Of a stretch of 64,000 nt of DNA, positions 1 through 9,250 are shown one piece after another. The DNA comes from Candidatus Melainabacteria bacterium 17Bon1m (lineage in GTDB: Bacteria; Cyanobacteriota; Vampirovibrionia; Obscuribacterales; Obscuribacteraceae), in contig JAVLKG010000006.1 of the NCBI GenBank assembly GCA_032128875.1, positions 314,828 to 378,827 on the forward strand, in the 5' to 3' direction. The translations under genes were made by a program, and so were the position numbers. The notes beneath the pieces were generated by a model. It did not search any database. It was not told where the DNA came from and saw only the letters and a list, made by a program, of their open reading frames with translations. How positions within the stretch are numbered: position 1 is the first letter of the stretch; every line of letters begins with the position of its first letter.

Positions 1-1
1 T

Positions 2-118
2 CCAGAAAAACAACCTGAGAAGCCACCAGAAAAACAATCTGAAAAGCCGCCTGAGAAACAGCCGGAGAAGCCGCCCGAAAAACAACCTGAAAAACCGGTG
101 GAAAAGCCACTGCCGGAA
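2..118 (+). repeat. Coding tandem repeat (PEKQ/PEKP)n, 12-bp period
   Basis: Repeated ccagaaaaacaa/cctgagaagcca-like units translating to PEKQPEKP. Confidence 0.85.
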
Positions 119-1372
119 CAACCAGCTCAGCCAATCGATGGTCCAAAGCCTCCAACAGATTTGGAAAGACCTGTTGATGCGAAGGAGCAAGGCGAGAAGC
201 TTGATGCCTTTGGCCAATCAATAAAAGATACAGGCGCGTTCACCATCGATAATTTTGGTGATGCATACAAAGAAGCGGCTAAGTCTGGTTCTGGTGTCGC
301 AATTATGGTTGTCGGTCGCGGTATTCCAGGCAGTGAAGACGCTATAAAGAATGTTAAAAAGCTGCAGGAAGAAAATCCTAAACTCAAATTCCTAATTGTG
401 GATCGCGACAAAATCGACGCCGCTGTTCAGGCTGATCCTAAGAATTCCAAAATGCAGGAATGGAAGAAGTGGATCGACGAGAGCACCAAGGCATGCGGTG
501 GTAGTGATAAGAACACCGTGCTCACCAGTGTTCAGTCCCTTAAGGCTGACTCTTCCGGATATCCGGCTCCGGAAAAGGTGACGAGTTTCCACTGGAACTC
601 CAACATCAATCAAGACCTATTATCGAAAGCTGCACTTGCGAGCGATGCCACTGTTTCGCACGCTAAAGAGTTCAGACTGTCGATGGACGCGCAAAGTGCT
701 ACAGCTCTTGCCTCGCAAATAAGAGCAGCGAGAGAAGAAGCACTTGCAACTCCGGTCAACGCAATGCCTGGCTTGCAAGAGCGTCAAGCGAAGTTTGTCA
801 AAGCGCTGCAAGCTGCATCGCAAGCACGTCCTGATTTGCTAGCTGAACGCCGCAAAGAAATAGACAAAATTGCTGACCTGGATGAACGAAATAGACAACT
901 GGCAACTTTGTGGGAGCTGGAGAATGCCCCAAGACTTCTACGTGCAGAACTCGGTCTGGACATGGTGAGAAGCGCGAGCAGCTTACCTAAAGCTGAGAAG
1001 CAAGCGGCGATGAATCAAGCCGGTTTGGATGTCTTGAAAGATGCTTACAGAACGGCACCAGAGCTGAAGGACAATCCTGAGTTTGCTGCTGCTCTCAAAG
1101 CCGCAGGAGTCAATGTCGAACAGTTGATCAAAGACTCTGAGACGGCACCACCAGTGACTTCGGATCAAATCAAGCAAAGACTAGAGAGTGCCTACTCGGC
1201 AGGTGACCCTGTTCGCGTGCAGGAGAAGAGAACCGAGTACAGAGGAAATCTGCCGCCCGAAACTCGCGCACGAGTCAGAGCGAGCGGAGGCTGCTGCTAC
1301 AGCGATGCCTGCATTCGTCAGAAGTGCTGCTCAGGTGGTATTTGCCGCAGACTTTGCGGCGGACGCCGTTAA
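2..1372 (+). CDS. Large hypothetical protein, 5'-truncated by the window edge; Pro/Glu/Lys repeats, possible degenerate thioredoxin-like domain, helical region, Cys-rich C-terminal tail
   Basis: The frame of ORF 98..1372 is open back to position 2 (PEKQPEKPPEKQSEKPP...), so the GTG at 98 is internal. C-terminus is GGCCYSDACIRQKCCSGGICRRLCGGRR. Confidence 0.85.
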   Translation, partial: PEKQPEKPPEKQSEKPPEKQPEKPPEKQPEKPVEKPLPEQPAQPIDGPKPPTDLERPVDAKEQGEKLDAFGQSIKDTGAFTIDNFGDAYKEAAKSGSGVAIMVVGRGIPGSEDAIKNVKKLQEENPKLKFLIVDRDKIDAAVQADPKNSKMQEWKKWIDESTKACGGSDKNTVLTSVQSLKADSSGYPAPEKVTSFHWNSNINQDLLSKAALASDATVSHAKEFRLSMDAQSATALASQIRAAREEALATPVNAMPGLQERQAKFVKALQAASQARPDLLAERRKEIDKIADLDERNRQLATLWELENAPRLLRAELGLDMVRSASSLPKAEKQAAMNQAGLDVLKDAYRTAPELKDNPEFAAALKAAGVNVEQLIKDSETAPPVTSDQIKQRLESAYSAGDPVRVQEKRTEYRGNLPPETRARVRASGGCCYSDACIRQKCCSGGICRRLCGGRR

Positions 1373-1385
1373 ACCTTATAGGTGA

Positions 1386-1889
1386 CTAGTTGATGCGTTT
1401 TTGAAACCAAATCGAACTGATGTACTGACCGTGCTTCTGTGCGTATTCATCAAAGACGCCGACTTCTGAAAATCCCATTGCTCTATGCAATGCAACCGAA
1501 CCAGGATTTGGTAATGCAACGCCTGCTACAACCAGGTGCACTTTCTCGTCTCTAATTGCTTCGAAAAGCGCTGAGTAGAGTTTCTTTCCAACGCCCTTGC
1601 CGCGCGCCTTTTCAGTAAGATAAATTCCGAATTCCACCGTTTCGACAAACGCTGGATGGTCGCGATACTGGCGGCTTCCTGCACTGCCAATTACCTCTCC
1701 GTCTGTTTCAGCAACGAGTAGCCGATATGGTCCCGACGTCGAGTATTTCTCGAACCAGGGTTTGTAATCGTGAATCGTCATTGGTTGCGTGTCAAACGCG
1801 ATATTCGTGTTGACGATGTAATAGTTGTAGATTTCAGTCAGCAGCGGAAGGTCGCTTTCAACTGCCGGACGAATAACGAGTGATTCCAC
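1386..1889 (-). CDS. GNAT N-acetyltransferase (phosphinothricin/methionine-sulfoximine acetyltransferase-like)
   Basis: IYNYYI..T..FD, ARGKGVG acetyl-CoA motif, NPGSVALHRAMGF. Confidence 0.9.
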   Translation of the reverse strand: MESLVIRPAVESDLPLLTEIYNYYIVNTNIAFDTQPMTIHDYKPWFEKYSTSGPYRLLVAETDGEVIGSAGSRQYRDHPAFVETVEFGIYLTEKARGKGVGKKLYSALFEAIRDEKVHLVVAGVALPNPGSVALHRAMGFSEVGVFDEYAQKHGQYISSIWFQKRIN

Positions 1890-2033
1890 GGGGTTGTGTC
1901 CTTGTAGACCGTTGAGCCAATCTGAATAGCGTGTTTTGCGCCAGTAAATGATATCCGCGCACGGCTGCCAAGATAATGATCTTTTGATGAGAATTTGCGT
2001 TCAAGGGTTAAACCTGTGGCGGAATGATTTTAT

Positions 2034-3179
2034 GTGGCTATGCTAAACAAATTAACAGTTGGAATTGAGCAGAAGGGAGTTTGGTTGAAATCAACTTTGC
2101 AGAAGAAGTCATCAGCAAGAGTGTTTCGCCTTAGCGTTGTAGTTTGCTCGACAATTTTCCTCAGCAGCTGCAGCTTGATCGAAGAAAAGTTCAAAGAGCT
2201 GATGCGACCTTCGCCTATCGAACATCCTGGTCAGCCCCAGACCGGGCAAGCTGAAAAGCGTTGGCCAGAGCCTCCGCACTTTACGATTCCACCACCTACC
2301 AAAGAAGAACTAGCTGAAGTCGGGTTACCTGTTCCCCCCACATTTTTTGTTCCGCCTCCACAGAAGCCTAACAAGAAAGTTCGTGGACGCAAAAATCCAG
2401 TCAAGTTCGAGAAAAAAACAATTGATCGCATTCCGTTCTACCAAACCACAATTGATTTGACTGACTACGACACATATCTCTCCGTGCTTTTGCCGCACAA
2501 TGCATCGCAGGCGAACAGCGCAGAAATCAGCTACGGCGCCGAGAATTTTGAATCCTTTGTGACATCGCATAGAGGGGCAGTTTTGATGAACGGAACTTTC
2601 TTCAGCAAAGACAAAGAACAGCGTGTGATGGGCAATCTTGTTGCCGATGGCAAAATACTCAAGTACAGCAGGTGGGAAAATTATGGCACCACACTTGGTA
2701 TTAGAGCCGACAACAAGCTAGAGATGGTTACAGCCCGAGCAGAAGGACAACCTCAATGGGATAAGCATTGGTTTTCTCTGACTTGTGGTCCGCGTCTGTT
2801 GCGTCAAGGAGAAGTTTGGGTTCATCCTGATATTGAGGGTTTTACCGATTCACACGTTTTGACCATCGGACCGCGGCAGGCGATGGGATATCCGAAGAGC
2901 AAAGACAAGATTTATCTGGTCACTTTTTTGTACGGATTGTCACTAGAGAAAGAAGCCGAAATGATGAAAAAGATTGGCTGCTACGAAGCGATGAACCTGG
3001 ACGGTGGCGCATCCCGCGCGCTCGCTCACAATGGTTCTATCATCATCAAAGCTGGTCGCCCACTTACGAATGTTTTGATTGTTTATGACAAAACCCATCC
3101 GGCCCCGCAAAACACCGTGAAATCTTGGGACCACTTTCAGGAAATCAATCAAGTAGCCGAAGAAGAAGGCGCTAACTAA
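2034..3179 (+). CDS. Phosphodiester glycosidase (NAGPA-like) family protein, probable lipoprotein
   Basis: MNGTFF, CGPRLL, GPRQAMG, AMNLDGGAS motifs; hydrophobic stretch ending FLSSC; true start uncertain. Confidence 0.8.
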   Translation: MAMLNKLTVGIEQKGVWLKSTLQKKSSARVFRLSVVVCSTIFLSSCSLIEEKFKELMRPSPIEHPGQPQTGQAEKRWPEPPHFTIPPPTKEELAEVGLPVPPTFFVPPPQKPNKKVRGRKNPVKFEKKTIDRIPFYQTTIDLTDYDTYLSVLLPHNASQANSAEISYGAENFESFVTSHRGAVLMNGTFFSKDKEQRVMGNLVADGKILKYSRWENYGTTLGIRADNKLEMVTARAEGQPQWDKHWFSLTCGPRLLRQGEVWVHPDIEGFTDSHVLTIGPRQAMGYPKSKDKIYLVTFLYGLSLEKEAEMMKKIGCYEAMNLDGGASRALAHNGSIIIKAGRPLTNVLIVYDKTHPAPQNTVKSWDHFQEINQVAEEEGAN

Positions 3180-3283
3180 TTTAGTGACCCGGCTGGGTAT
3201 ATAGATTTGGCGCTATTGGGCTTTGTCTTTTGGATTGAAACAGGTTGTCGAACCAATAATGTTGATTGCCAGACGGGTGAACT

Positions 3284-3958
3284 ATGAGTGCTGATGACGA
3301 CAAAAGATTAGCCGCGTCTGCGGCCGTCGAATTAGTTGAAGATGGAATGGTGCTCGGCTTGGGCACTGGTTCTACTGCAGTGTTTGCAGTAGAGATGCTT
3401 GGCGAGATGGTGAAGAAGGGATTGCGAATAAAGGGGGTTCCGACTTCGGATTCAACCGAAAAACTCGCCAAAAGCGTCGGTATTCCAATCGTGACGCTGG
3501 ACGAGTTTCCACAACTTGATTTGGACATTGATGGCGCAGATGAAGTAGAACCGACGCTGTGTTTGATAAAAGGCGGAGGTGGTGCGCTCCTTCGCGAGAA
3601 GATTGTGGCGTATGCTTCTAGGCGAGTTGTGATTATTGTGGACGAGAAAAAGCTGGTGGACAAGCTTGGGAAGTTTCACCTGCCAATTGAGGTTGTTCCA
3701 TTCTCTCGTGGGTTGATTCAAGAGACGATCAAGAAGATGGGCGCATCCAGCGTGGTTAGAGAGAGAAATGGACAGGTGTTTCGCACCGACGAAAACAACT
3801 TGATTTTGGATTGTGACTTCGGTTTGATTGACGATCCCCGCGCACTAGGACAGCAACTCTCCTTGATACCTGGAGTTGTGGAACATGGCTTGTTCTTGGA
3901 TATGGTTGAGCGTGTCATCATCGGTGGTGACGGAAAAGTTAAAACACTTTCGCGATAG
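3284..3958 (+). CDS. rpiA: Ribose-5-phosphate isomerase A
   Basis: GLGTGST, DGADE, KGGGGALLREK, PGVVEHGLF signature motifs. Confidence 0.97.
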   Translation: MSADDDKRLAASAAVELVEDGMVLGLGTGSTAVFAVEMLGEMVKKGLRIKGVPTSDSTEKLAKSVGIPIVTLDEFPQLDLDIDGADEVEPTLCLIKGGGGALLREKIVAYASRRVVIIVDEKKLVDKLGKFHLPIEVVPFSRGLIQETIKKMGASSVVRERNGQVFRTDENNLILDCDFGLIDDPRALGQQLSLIPGVVEHGLFLDMVERVIIGGDGKVKTLSR

Positions 3959-3965
3959 ACGCTTT

Positions 3966-4919
3966 CTATGACGCTGTAACAGCTTCTCTCGTGCCTACTT
4001 TTTCTAGAACAGCTTGTGTGGGCGGGCTGTATTTGTCGACGCGCGTGAAATCAGGATGGAAGAGTCTCGTTATCCATGCTGGTTGTGCAGCGCTGGTGCC
4101 CAGTGATATCACAATGTGTACTAGTGCACCCCACGTGAAAAACTGGAAGAATTCGAACTGCGTGAAGCAGTGCACTGGCAGTGGACTGTAGGGTGACAGC
4201 AAGACTATTAACGCAGTCAATATGATGTTAGCGCTGACAAAAATCATCAAGGGCTTCGTCTGTTTGTAAGAAATCATCTTCCAGCTAGGGTAAACGACCC
4301 AGAAAAGCACATGGTAAAAAATGAAGTTAGCTAGGTTGACTGGATGTATGAGACCCATCAGTACAAAAGCCAGACCGAGTGATTCAAATGCGCACACCTT
4401 CGTCATTTGCTCTTTAGTAAGGAACTTTCTGTGTCTGAACAAAAAGTAGCCGTACACGCATGCGCTTATTACATAGCCACTCCAGTAGAAGAGTTCTGCT
4501 TCGTGCTTATGCCCAAAGTGCGGAGATCGTGTTGACGCAAAAAATACAAATGTGTTGCAGACAATTGAAGCGACTCTAAGTAGTTTTGTTTGGCTCCAAA
4601 GTTTTGGCATTACATTCTCAAACATCAAATAGACTTCACTGAAGACGTAGTGAATGCCGAATGCAATGAAGAGAAGCGTTGGATTTTCTAGGCTGGCAAG
4701 AAGAACGGATGCACCAATTAGAAGCATGAAATATGTAGCGGTTGAAGGACGCTTCATAGCGTCGACCACATACTTCTTGGAGTACGGAACGGCTAGTAAA
4801 TAATGCGCGATTGTGAGCGGCATTGAAAAAACCGCAAATGCCATCGGCTTGAAAAAAAACAGCGGTATAGCGACCGCGAAGAGAAAACTGAAAAGGCGTA
4901 GTATCAAATATGATGGCAT
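3966..4919 (-). CDS. Polytopic membrane protein with several intramembrane His residues
   Basis: Many hydrophobic segments; AHY, IHY, YHV, VHI. Confidence 0.75.
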   Translation of the reverse strand: MPSYLILRLFSFLFAVAIPLFFFKPMAFAVFSMPLTIAHYLLAVPYSKKYVVDAMKRPSTATYFMLLIGASVLLASLENPTLLFIAFGIHYVFSEVYLMFENVMPKLWSQTKLLRVASIVCNTFVFFASTRSPHFGHKHEAELFYWSGYVISACVYGYFLFRHRKFLTKEQMTKVCAFESLGLAFVLMGLIHPVNLANFIFYHVLFWVVYPSWKMISYKQTKPLMIFVSANIILTALIVLLSPYSPLPVHCFTQFEFFQFFTWGALVHIVISLGTSAAQPAWITRLFHPDFTRVDKYSPPTQAVLEKVGTREAVTAS

Positions 4920-5098
4920 GCAAACGCCGGCTTAATTGAGGCGTCACGATTATACCGTGAGGGCGTAAAGCCTCACAGGTTCAGCATCTTATGCTGGACA
5001 TGCGAGGTTCTGTAGCAAGGCGCCAATCAATGCTTTGCAACCAATTAGAATCGCTTAAACCTTCGCAGGTTCAACAATTTGCTTGATGTCAAGCGTGC

Positions 5099-5818
5099 CT
5101 ATGCTACCTTTTCGCTATCAAATGAATCAAACTCGTTAAAGGAATCACCGTAAATGTATTTGTGATTCCATTCAGGAACTCTACGCAAGTAGTCTTTGAT
5201 TTGCGCAAGCATCTGTTTGTTTTTCCGCACATCTAGCCGAAATACTATCGGCGACCACTTTGGCCCCCAGATCTTGGTAATCAAAAATGTGCGAACAGGC
5301 GTTAGTTTGAATGCCGAGTCAACAATCACTCGAGTTTTGTTTTCACCGAGCTGTTCAAACTTGATGTCTACCATCCTGTCGACGGTCACCCAGAAGTTTC
5401 CTTTTACGCGCAATTGAATGCGCTGGCCTTCTTCGAATGTTTCGATTTTAGACTTCGGTAATTGAGTTGTTGCTCCAAGGCTCAGTTCAAATGCCTGTTC
5501 AAGCGGCATATCCAAATCTTCGTATGCGATGAAAGCACTGGCGCCATGATTCTTTAGTCTGCGCCACCACACAAAGTGATGAATCATCGCCGAAATTAAA
5601 AGCATGCCGACGATAGTTGTTGCAACGCCAAACTGAAAAGAGAGCAGGCGAGCCATTGGAAGACCTGCGACAAGCGCCATCAAGGTGGGCGGGAGAGTGA
5701 ACACCATCGCGTAAATAGTGGCGCCAACAATCGGTCTCAGGTAATCCTGCGGCTGGATAAGCTCGGGGTTTAGAATAGGCAGGTCGATAACGACCAGTTC
5801 TTGGCTCTCTTCGGACAT
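5099..5818 (-). CDS. Hypothetical membrane protein (2 TM plus C-terminal domain)
   Basis: Long ORF with two hydrophobic helices; ATG at 5818 chosen as likely start. Confidence 0.7.
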   Translation of the reverse strand: MSEESQELVVIDLPILNPELIQPQDYLRPIVGATIYAMVFTLPPTLMALVAGLPMARLLSFQFGVATTIVGMLLISAMIHHFVWWRRLKNHGASAFIAYEDLDMPLEQAFELSLGATTQLPKSKIETFEEGQRIQLRVKGNFWVTVDRMVDIKFEQLGENKTRVIVDSAFKLTPVRTFLITKIWGPKWSPIVFRLDVRKNKQMLAQIKDYLRRVPEWNHKYIYGDSFNEFDSFDSEKVA

Positions 5819-5945
5819 TAAATGCACCCTGGGCTGAGTCTTATAAGTTCTATTCCCCTCTCCGGGCAATATCTCTCACAGGCACCTTCAGGTTAGAATT
5901 AACGCAATCCATGTGGGGCGTTCTTTGCCAGACTAGGTTTCGCTT

Positions 5946-6905
5946 TTGAAAATCAACAGACTCCTCGTTGGGCTCGTTAATGTTGTTGTTCTCGGAATTT
6001 CAATACTTGTCGTTTTGAGTTTCGTACCTGCTGATTGGTACTGTGACTTACTAACTCAGTTTCGTTTGATGTATGTACTAGGTCTTGTGGTGTGCGTTGG
6101 CGCTTTGACGGCACTGAGGGCATATAAAAGCCTTGCAGTCGCCGCTCTCGCATTGATAGTGGCGGGCGCACCGGTGGCTACGATGTTCATTCCGCGCAGT
6201 TCCGGAGGGCACGACGACACCGTAATGCAGACCATCAGCATTATGAATTTCAACACTGAGTTTCAGCACAATGATGCCTATCACAAATTTGCCGACTTGC
6301 TAGAAAGCAACAAACCCGACGTTCTAGCGCTGGTTGAGACTGATCAGAAGTGGGTTACTGGGCTGTCTGAATCACTCGCCCGATATCCATATCAGCAGGT
6401 TGTTATCAAAGGACCGGGGATTGCGCTGTTCAGCAAATATCCAATCTCAAATGTAAACGTGTTTTTCTATGGGAAATCACATCATCCTCGTATCTCTGCC
6501 GAACTTAGAATCAAGAAACGCACTGTTAATGTGGTTATTGCTCACCCTACGACACCTAAAACACGGGCTGGGTTTATGGAAAGAAATGCCGAACTTAGGC
6601 TGATTGGCGATGAAATGCGGTCCAAGGTTGGCACAAAAATTCTTATCGGTGATTTAAACTGTGGACCGTGGTCTGGGGAGTTTCGACAACTCTTAGGTGA
6701 TGACCTTATCGATTCGGAACAGGGATTTGGACCTCAACCGTCATGGCCTGCTCGAACAGGTCGAGTAATTGAAAACTTTCCAATACCACCGTTTGTTCCG
6801 ATAGATCATATTTTGATTTCCAAGGACATTTCCATTGAACAAAGAATAATCGGACCAGCTATTGGTTCTGACCATTTGCCAGTGTTTGTGAAACTGAAAT
6901 TGTAG
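5946..6905 (+). CDS. Membrane-anchored endonuclease/exonuclease/phosphatase (EEP, YafD-like) protein
   Basis: N-terminal TMs; PDVLALVE, GDLN, IDHIL, GSDHLP motifs. Confidence 0.9.
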   Translation: MKINRLLVGLVNVVVLGISILVVLSFVPADWYCDLLTQFRLMYVLGLVVCVGALTALRAYKSLAVAALALIVAGAPVATMFIPRSSGGHDDTVMQTISIMNFNTEFQHNDAYHKFADLLESNKPDVLALVETDQKWVTGLSESLARYPYQQVVIKGPGIALFSKYPISNVNVFFYGKSHHPRISAELRIKKRTVNVVIAHPTTPKTRAGFMERNAELRLIGDEMRSKVGTKILIGDLNCGPWSGEFRQLLGDDLIDSEQGFGPQPSWPARTGRVIENFPIPPFVPIDHILISKDISIEQRIIGPAIGSDHLPVFVKLKL

Positions 6906-6981
6906 AGTCAATATAGGCTTCGGTCTGGAGTAAGTCGTATTTGCCGCGGCTTTGCTAAGCTGAGAGCCTTGAGGAGGCATT

Positions 6982-7809
6982 GTGGTCAAAAAAGTTGTTT
7001 TGTCGATTCTAATCCTCTATCTACTCGGGGCCGTTGCTCTGAACAGTCCTTTGTTCAGCCTCTGCGTCATTTCGCCGTCCCGAAAAATAGATCCGTCACG
7101 ATTTGATGCGATTCAAGGAGCCCGAAGGCAAAGGTTCGTTGTTAGGTCCGGCACAGAACAATTAGAAGCTTGGTTTTTTGAGGTCAAAGGTTCTACGTCA
7201 CTCGCCGTCGTACACCATGGAAGAGGTGGCAATCTATACAACAAGGCATTTCTAGCTCAACAGCTAATTGACCGTAATTTGTCTGTGGTAGTTTACGATT
7301 ATTGTGGCTATGGTGCGAGTTCAGGTCCCGCATCCCTGAATAGCTTCAATCGAGATGCGCTTGCAGTGCACGATTTCTCGATTGTCAGATTTGGATTTGC
7401 TCCCGCGAAGACGGTTATCGTTGGAGAGTCCATTGGTACTGGGCCTGCTTGCGCTGTAGCTTCCCAGCGAGAGTGCGCTGGAGTGTTCTTGCAGGCACCA
7501 TTTACGTCATTACCTCAGGAGGCTAAGAGCTGCGCACCAATTCTTCACGTATATCCGGATTGGTTATTTCCAAAGCCAAGCTTCGAGAATATTCAATATG
7601 TAAGAGGGAAGCATCCCCCTTTGCTGATTGTTCATGGTGCTAAGGATAATCAGATTCCCGTATCTCACGCGAAAGCACTATTTGAAGCCGCGACTCAGCC
7701 TACGACGTTGGTGATACTACCCAACGCCGGTCATAGAAACGTTGGTGGTGCTGATCCTGAGCTGTTCGGAAAGGCTTTGACAGAGTTTCTCAACGAAATT
7801 AAAAATTAG
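6982..7809 (+). CDS. Alpha/beta hydrolase (ABHD13/Bem46-like)
   Basis: HHGRGG, DYCGYGAS, GESIG nucleophile, HGAKD, AGH. Confidence 0.9.
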   Translation: MVKKVVLSILILYLLGAVALNSPLFSLCVISPSRKIDPSRFDAIQGARRQRFVVRSGTEQLEAWFFEVKGSTSLAVVHHGRGGNLYNKAFLAQQLIDRNLSVVVYDYCGYGASSGPASLNSFNRDALAVHDFSIVRFGFAPAKTVIVGESIGTGPACAVASQRECAGVFLQAPFTSLPQEAKSCAPILHVYPDWLFPKPSFENIQYVRGKHPPLLIVHGAKDNQIPVSHAKALFEAATQPTTLVILPNAGHRNVGGADPELFGKALTEFLNEIKN

Positions 7810-8248
7810 CCCGAGTTTGCACTACGCATTTTGCAATCATGTCGTGCAGGCATTGTTTTTTCTTTGAAACCAAAAAGAGAAGATATCCAAATCCGAAAGA
7901 AAATACAGATGCATACTTGCTCACGTGCCTAGCGAGAGCGCGTGATTTGCTGATTTGTCTGCCTTGAAGATCAGTAACGATTAATCCGAAAATGATTTTT
8001 CCTGGCGTCGCCTGAAATTTTGAACCTTCAAAGAAAACATGATAGGCAAATGCAATAGCCACGCCGATTGCCAAACTGATCATAGCCATTTTTCCAGCAG
8101 CAAGATGAAGGTTCATTTGAAGGCAGAGAGTAAAAAGTGTTATGCGTGCCAGAAAAATGATAATTCCCACGATAAGAGAATCTGCCAACCATGCGGTTAG
8201 TCGTTTTGTGATAGTAGGAAATTGTTGATTATCTCGTGTGGTGCTCAT
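7799..8248 (-). CDS. RDD family membrane protein
   Basis: KRLTAWLAD, QATPGK..FGL.V, KQCLHDMIA; start overlaps upstream stop (ATGA). Confidence 0.9.
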   Translation of the reverse strand: MSTTRDNQQFPTITKRLTAWLADSLIVGIIIFLARITLFTLCLQMNLHLAAGKMAMISLAIGVAIAFAYHVFFEGSKFQATPGKIIFGLIVTDLQGRQISKSRALARHVSKYASVFSFGFGYLLFLVSKKKQCLHDMIAKCVVQTRANF

Positions 8249-8889
8249 TTTGTTTCTTTAAATGTGTCCATCGGCAAAAATGGTCCATCAATTCCGGGAT
8301 ACGTTTTTCCCTCCGGAAGAGACAGCTCCAAACTGTTTTCATTCACCCAATGAATAAGTGACGCAACATAACTGTTGCTTGTCCAAAAGCCTAAGCGGCC
8401 TATCTTGAATGGACGCACTATCGGACTGTACATAAACTTGCCCTTGTTTATGTTTTTCATTCCGTTCTGCGCCATCGTAATTAATTTGAAGGCTGAATCT
8501 CTGGAGAGTTTTTGTGGTTTACCAAAATCATCCCAACTCCTTATGTTGAATAAGGGAGAAGTGGGATGCTTTGGGTGTATGTATGCTTGCAAGAAAACAG
8601 GAAACAAAGCGGGGATTTGATACACAAGCAATGTGTCGTGTGCATAGGTGGTATCCCAGCCGCCATTGATGTACCAAGTGGCTGACGGCTTATCGTTGGT
8701 GAGCATCGTCAATTTCATACCGAGGTGATATGAACCGAAGTCTCCCCACCTTTGATAAGTGAGGATGTAAGCGATTTTCTCCGCCGCCTTATTTGCGTTA
8801 GTTCTCGAGATCTGTTGTGACCACGCCGGAGCAAAAGTGGTTGTAGTGATTAAAAGTGAAACGAGGGCTAGTATTGATAAGCGAAGCAT
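8245..8889 (-). CDS. Secreted protein, paralog of 57013..57735; putative permuted papain-like fold
   Basis: Signal peptide from ATG at 8889 (MLRLSILALVSLL...APAWS); GSYHLG and WTSNSYVASL motifs shared with the paralog. Confidence 0.75.
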   Translation of the reverse strand: MLRLSILALVSLLITTTTFAPAWSQQISRTNANKAAEKIAYILTYQRWGDFGSYHLGMKLTMLTNDKPSATWYINGGWDTTYAHDTLLVYQIPALFPVFLQAYIHPKHPTSPLFNIRSWDDFGKPQKLSRDSAFKLITMAQNGMKNINKGKFMYSPIVRPFKIGRLGFWTSNSYVASLIHWVNENSLELSLPEGKTYPGIDGPFLPMDTFKETK

Positions 8890-9250
8890 ATCTTTTCGAC
8901 GTAAGGACGTTGTTGTTAACGCGGCACGATTCGCAAAGTCTGGTTCCAGTGACGCTCTTGAATTGCAAATGTGCCGCGGTATGACCGGTTTTCTTGACCA
9001 ATTATTTGATAAAAGCAAACGCATATTTATGTCATTGAAAACTGTCAAGGAGCTAGATTACTACGTTTTGGACAGTAGGGGCACTGCCCGTTCGAGCAGG
9101 AACCACCCGAAAAGCATTGCCTCTCGCGCTTTTTCGCTTTGGCAAAAAAATTTTGCGCTTGCGAACAAAATGCCTTAAGCTGCTGTGCTATCAAAATACC
9201 GAGACATACTTAGCAAGCATTGTTGTCATTAGGAAATCAGGTAACTCTAA

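Noticed and set aside
98-100. GTG start of the first ORF
   Set aside because: The frame is open to the window edge through the same PEK repeats; the gene starts upstream.
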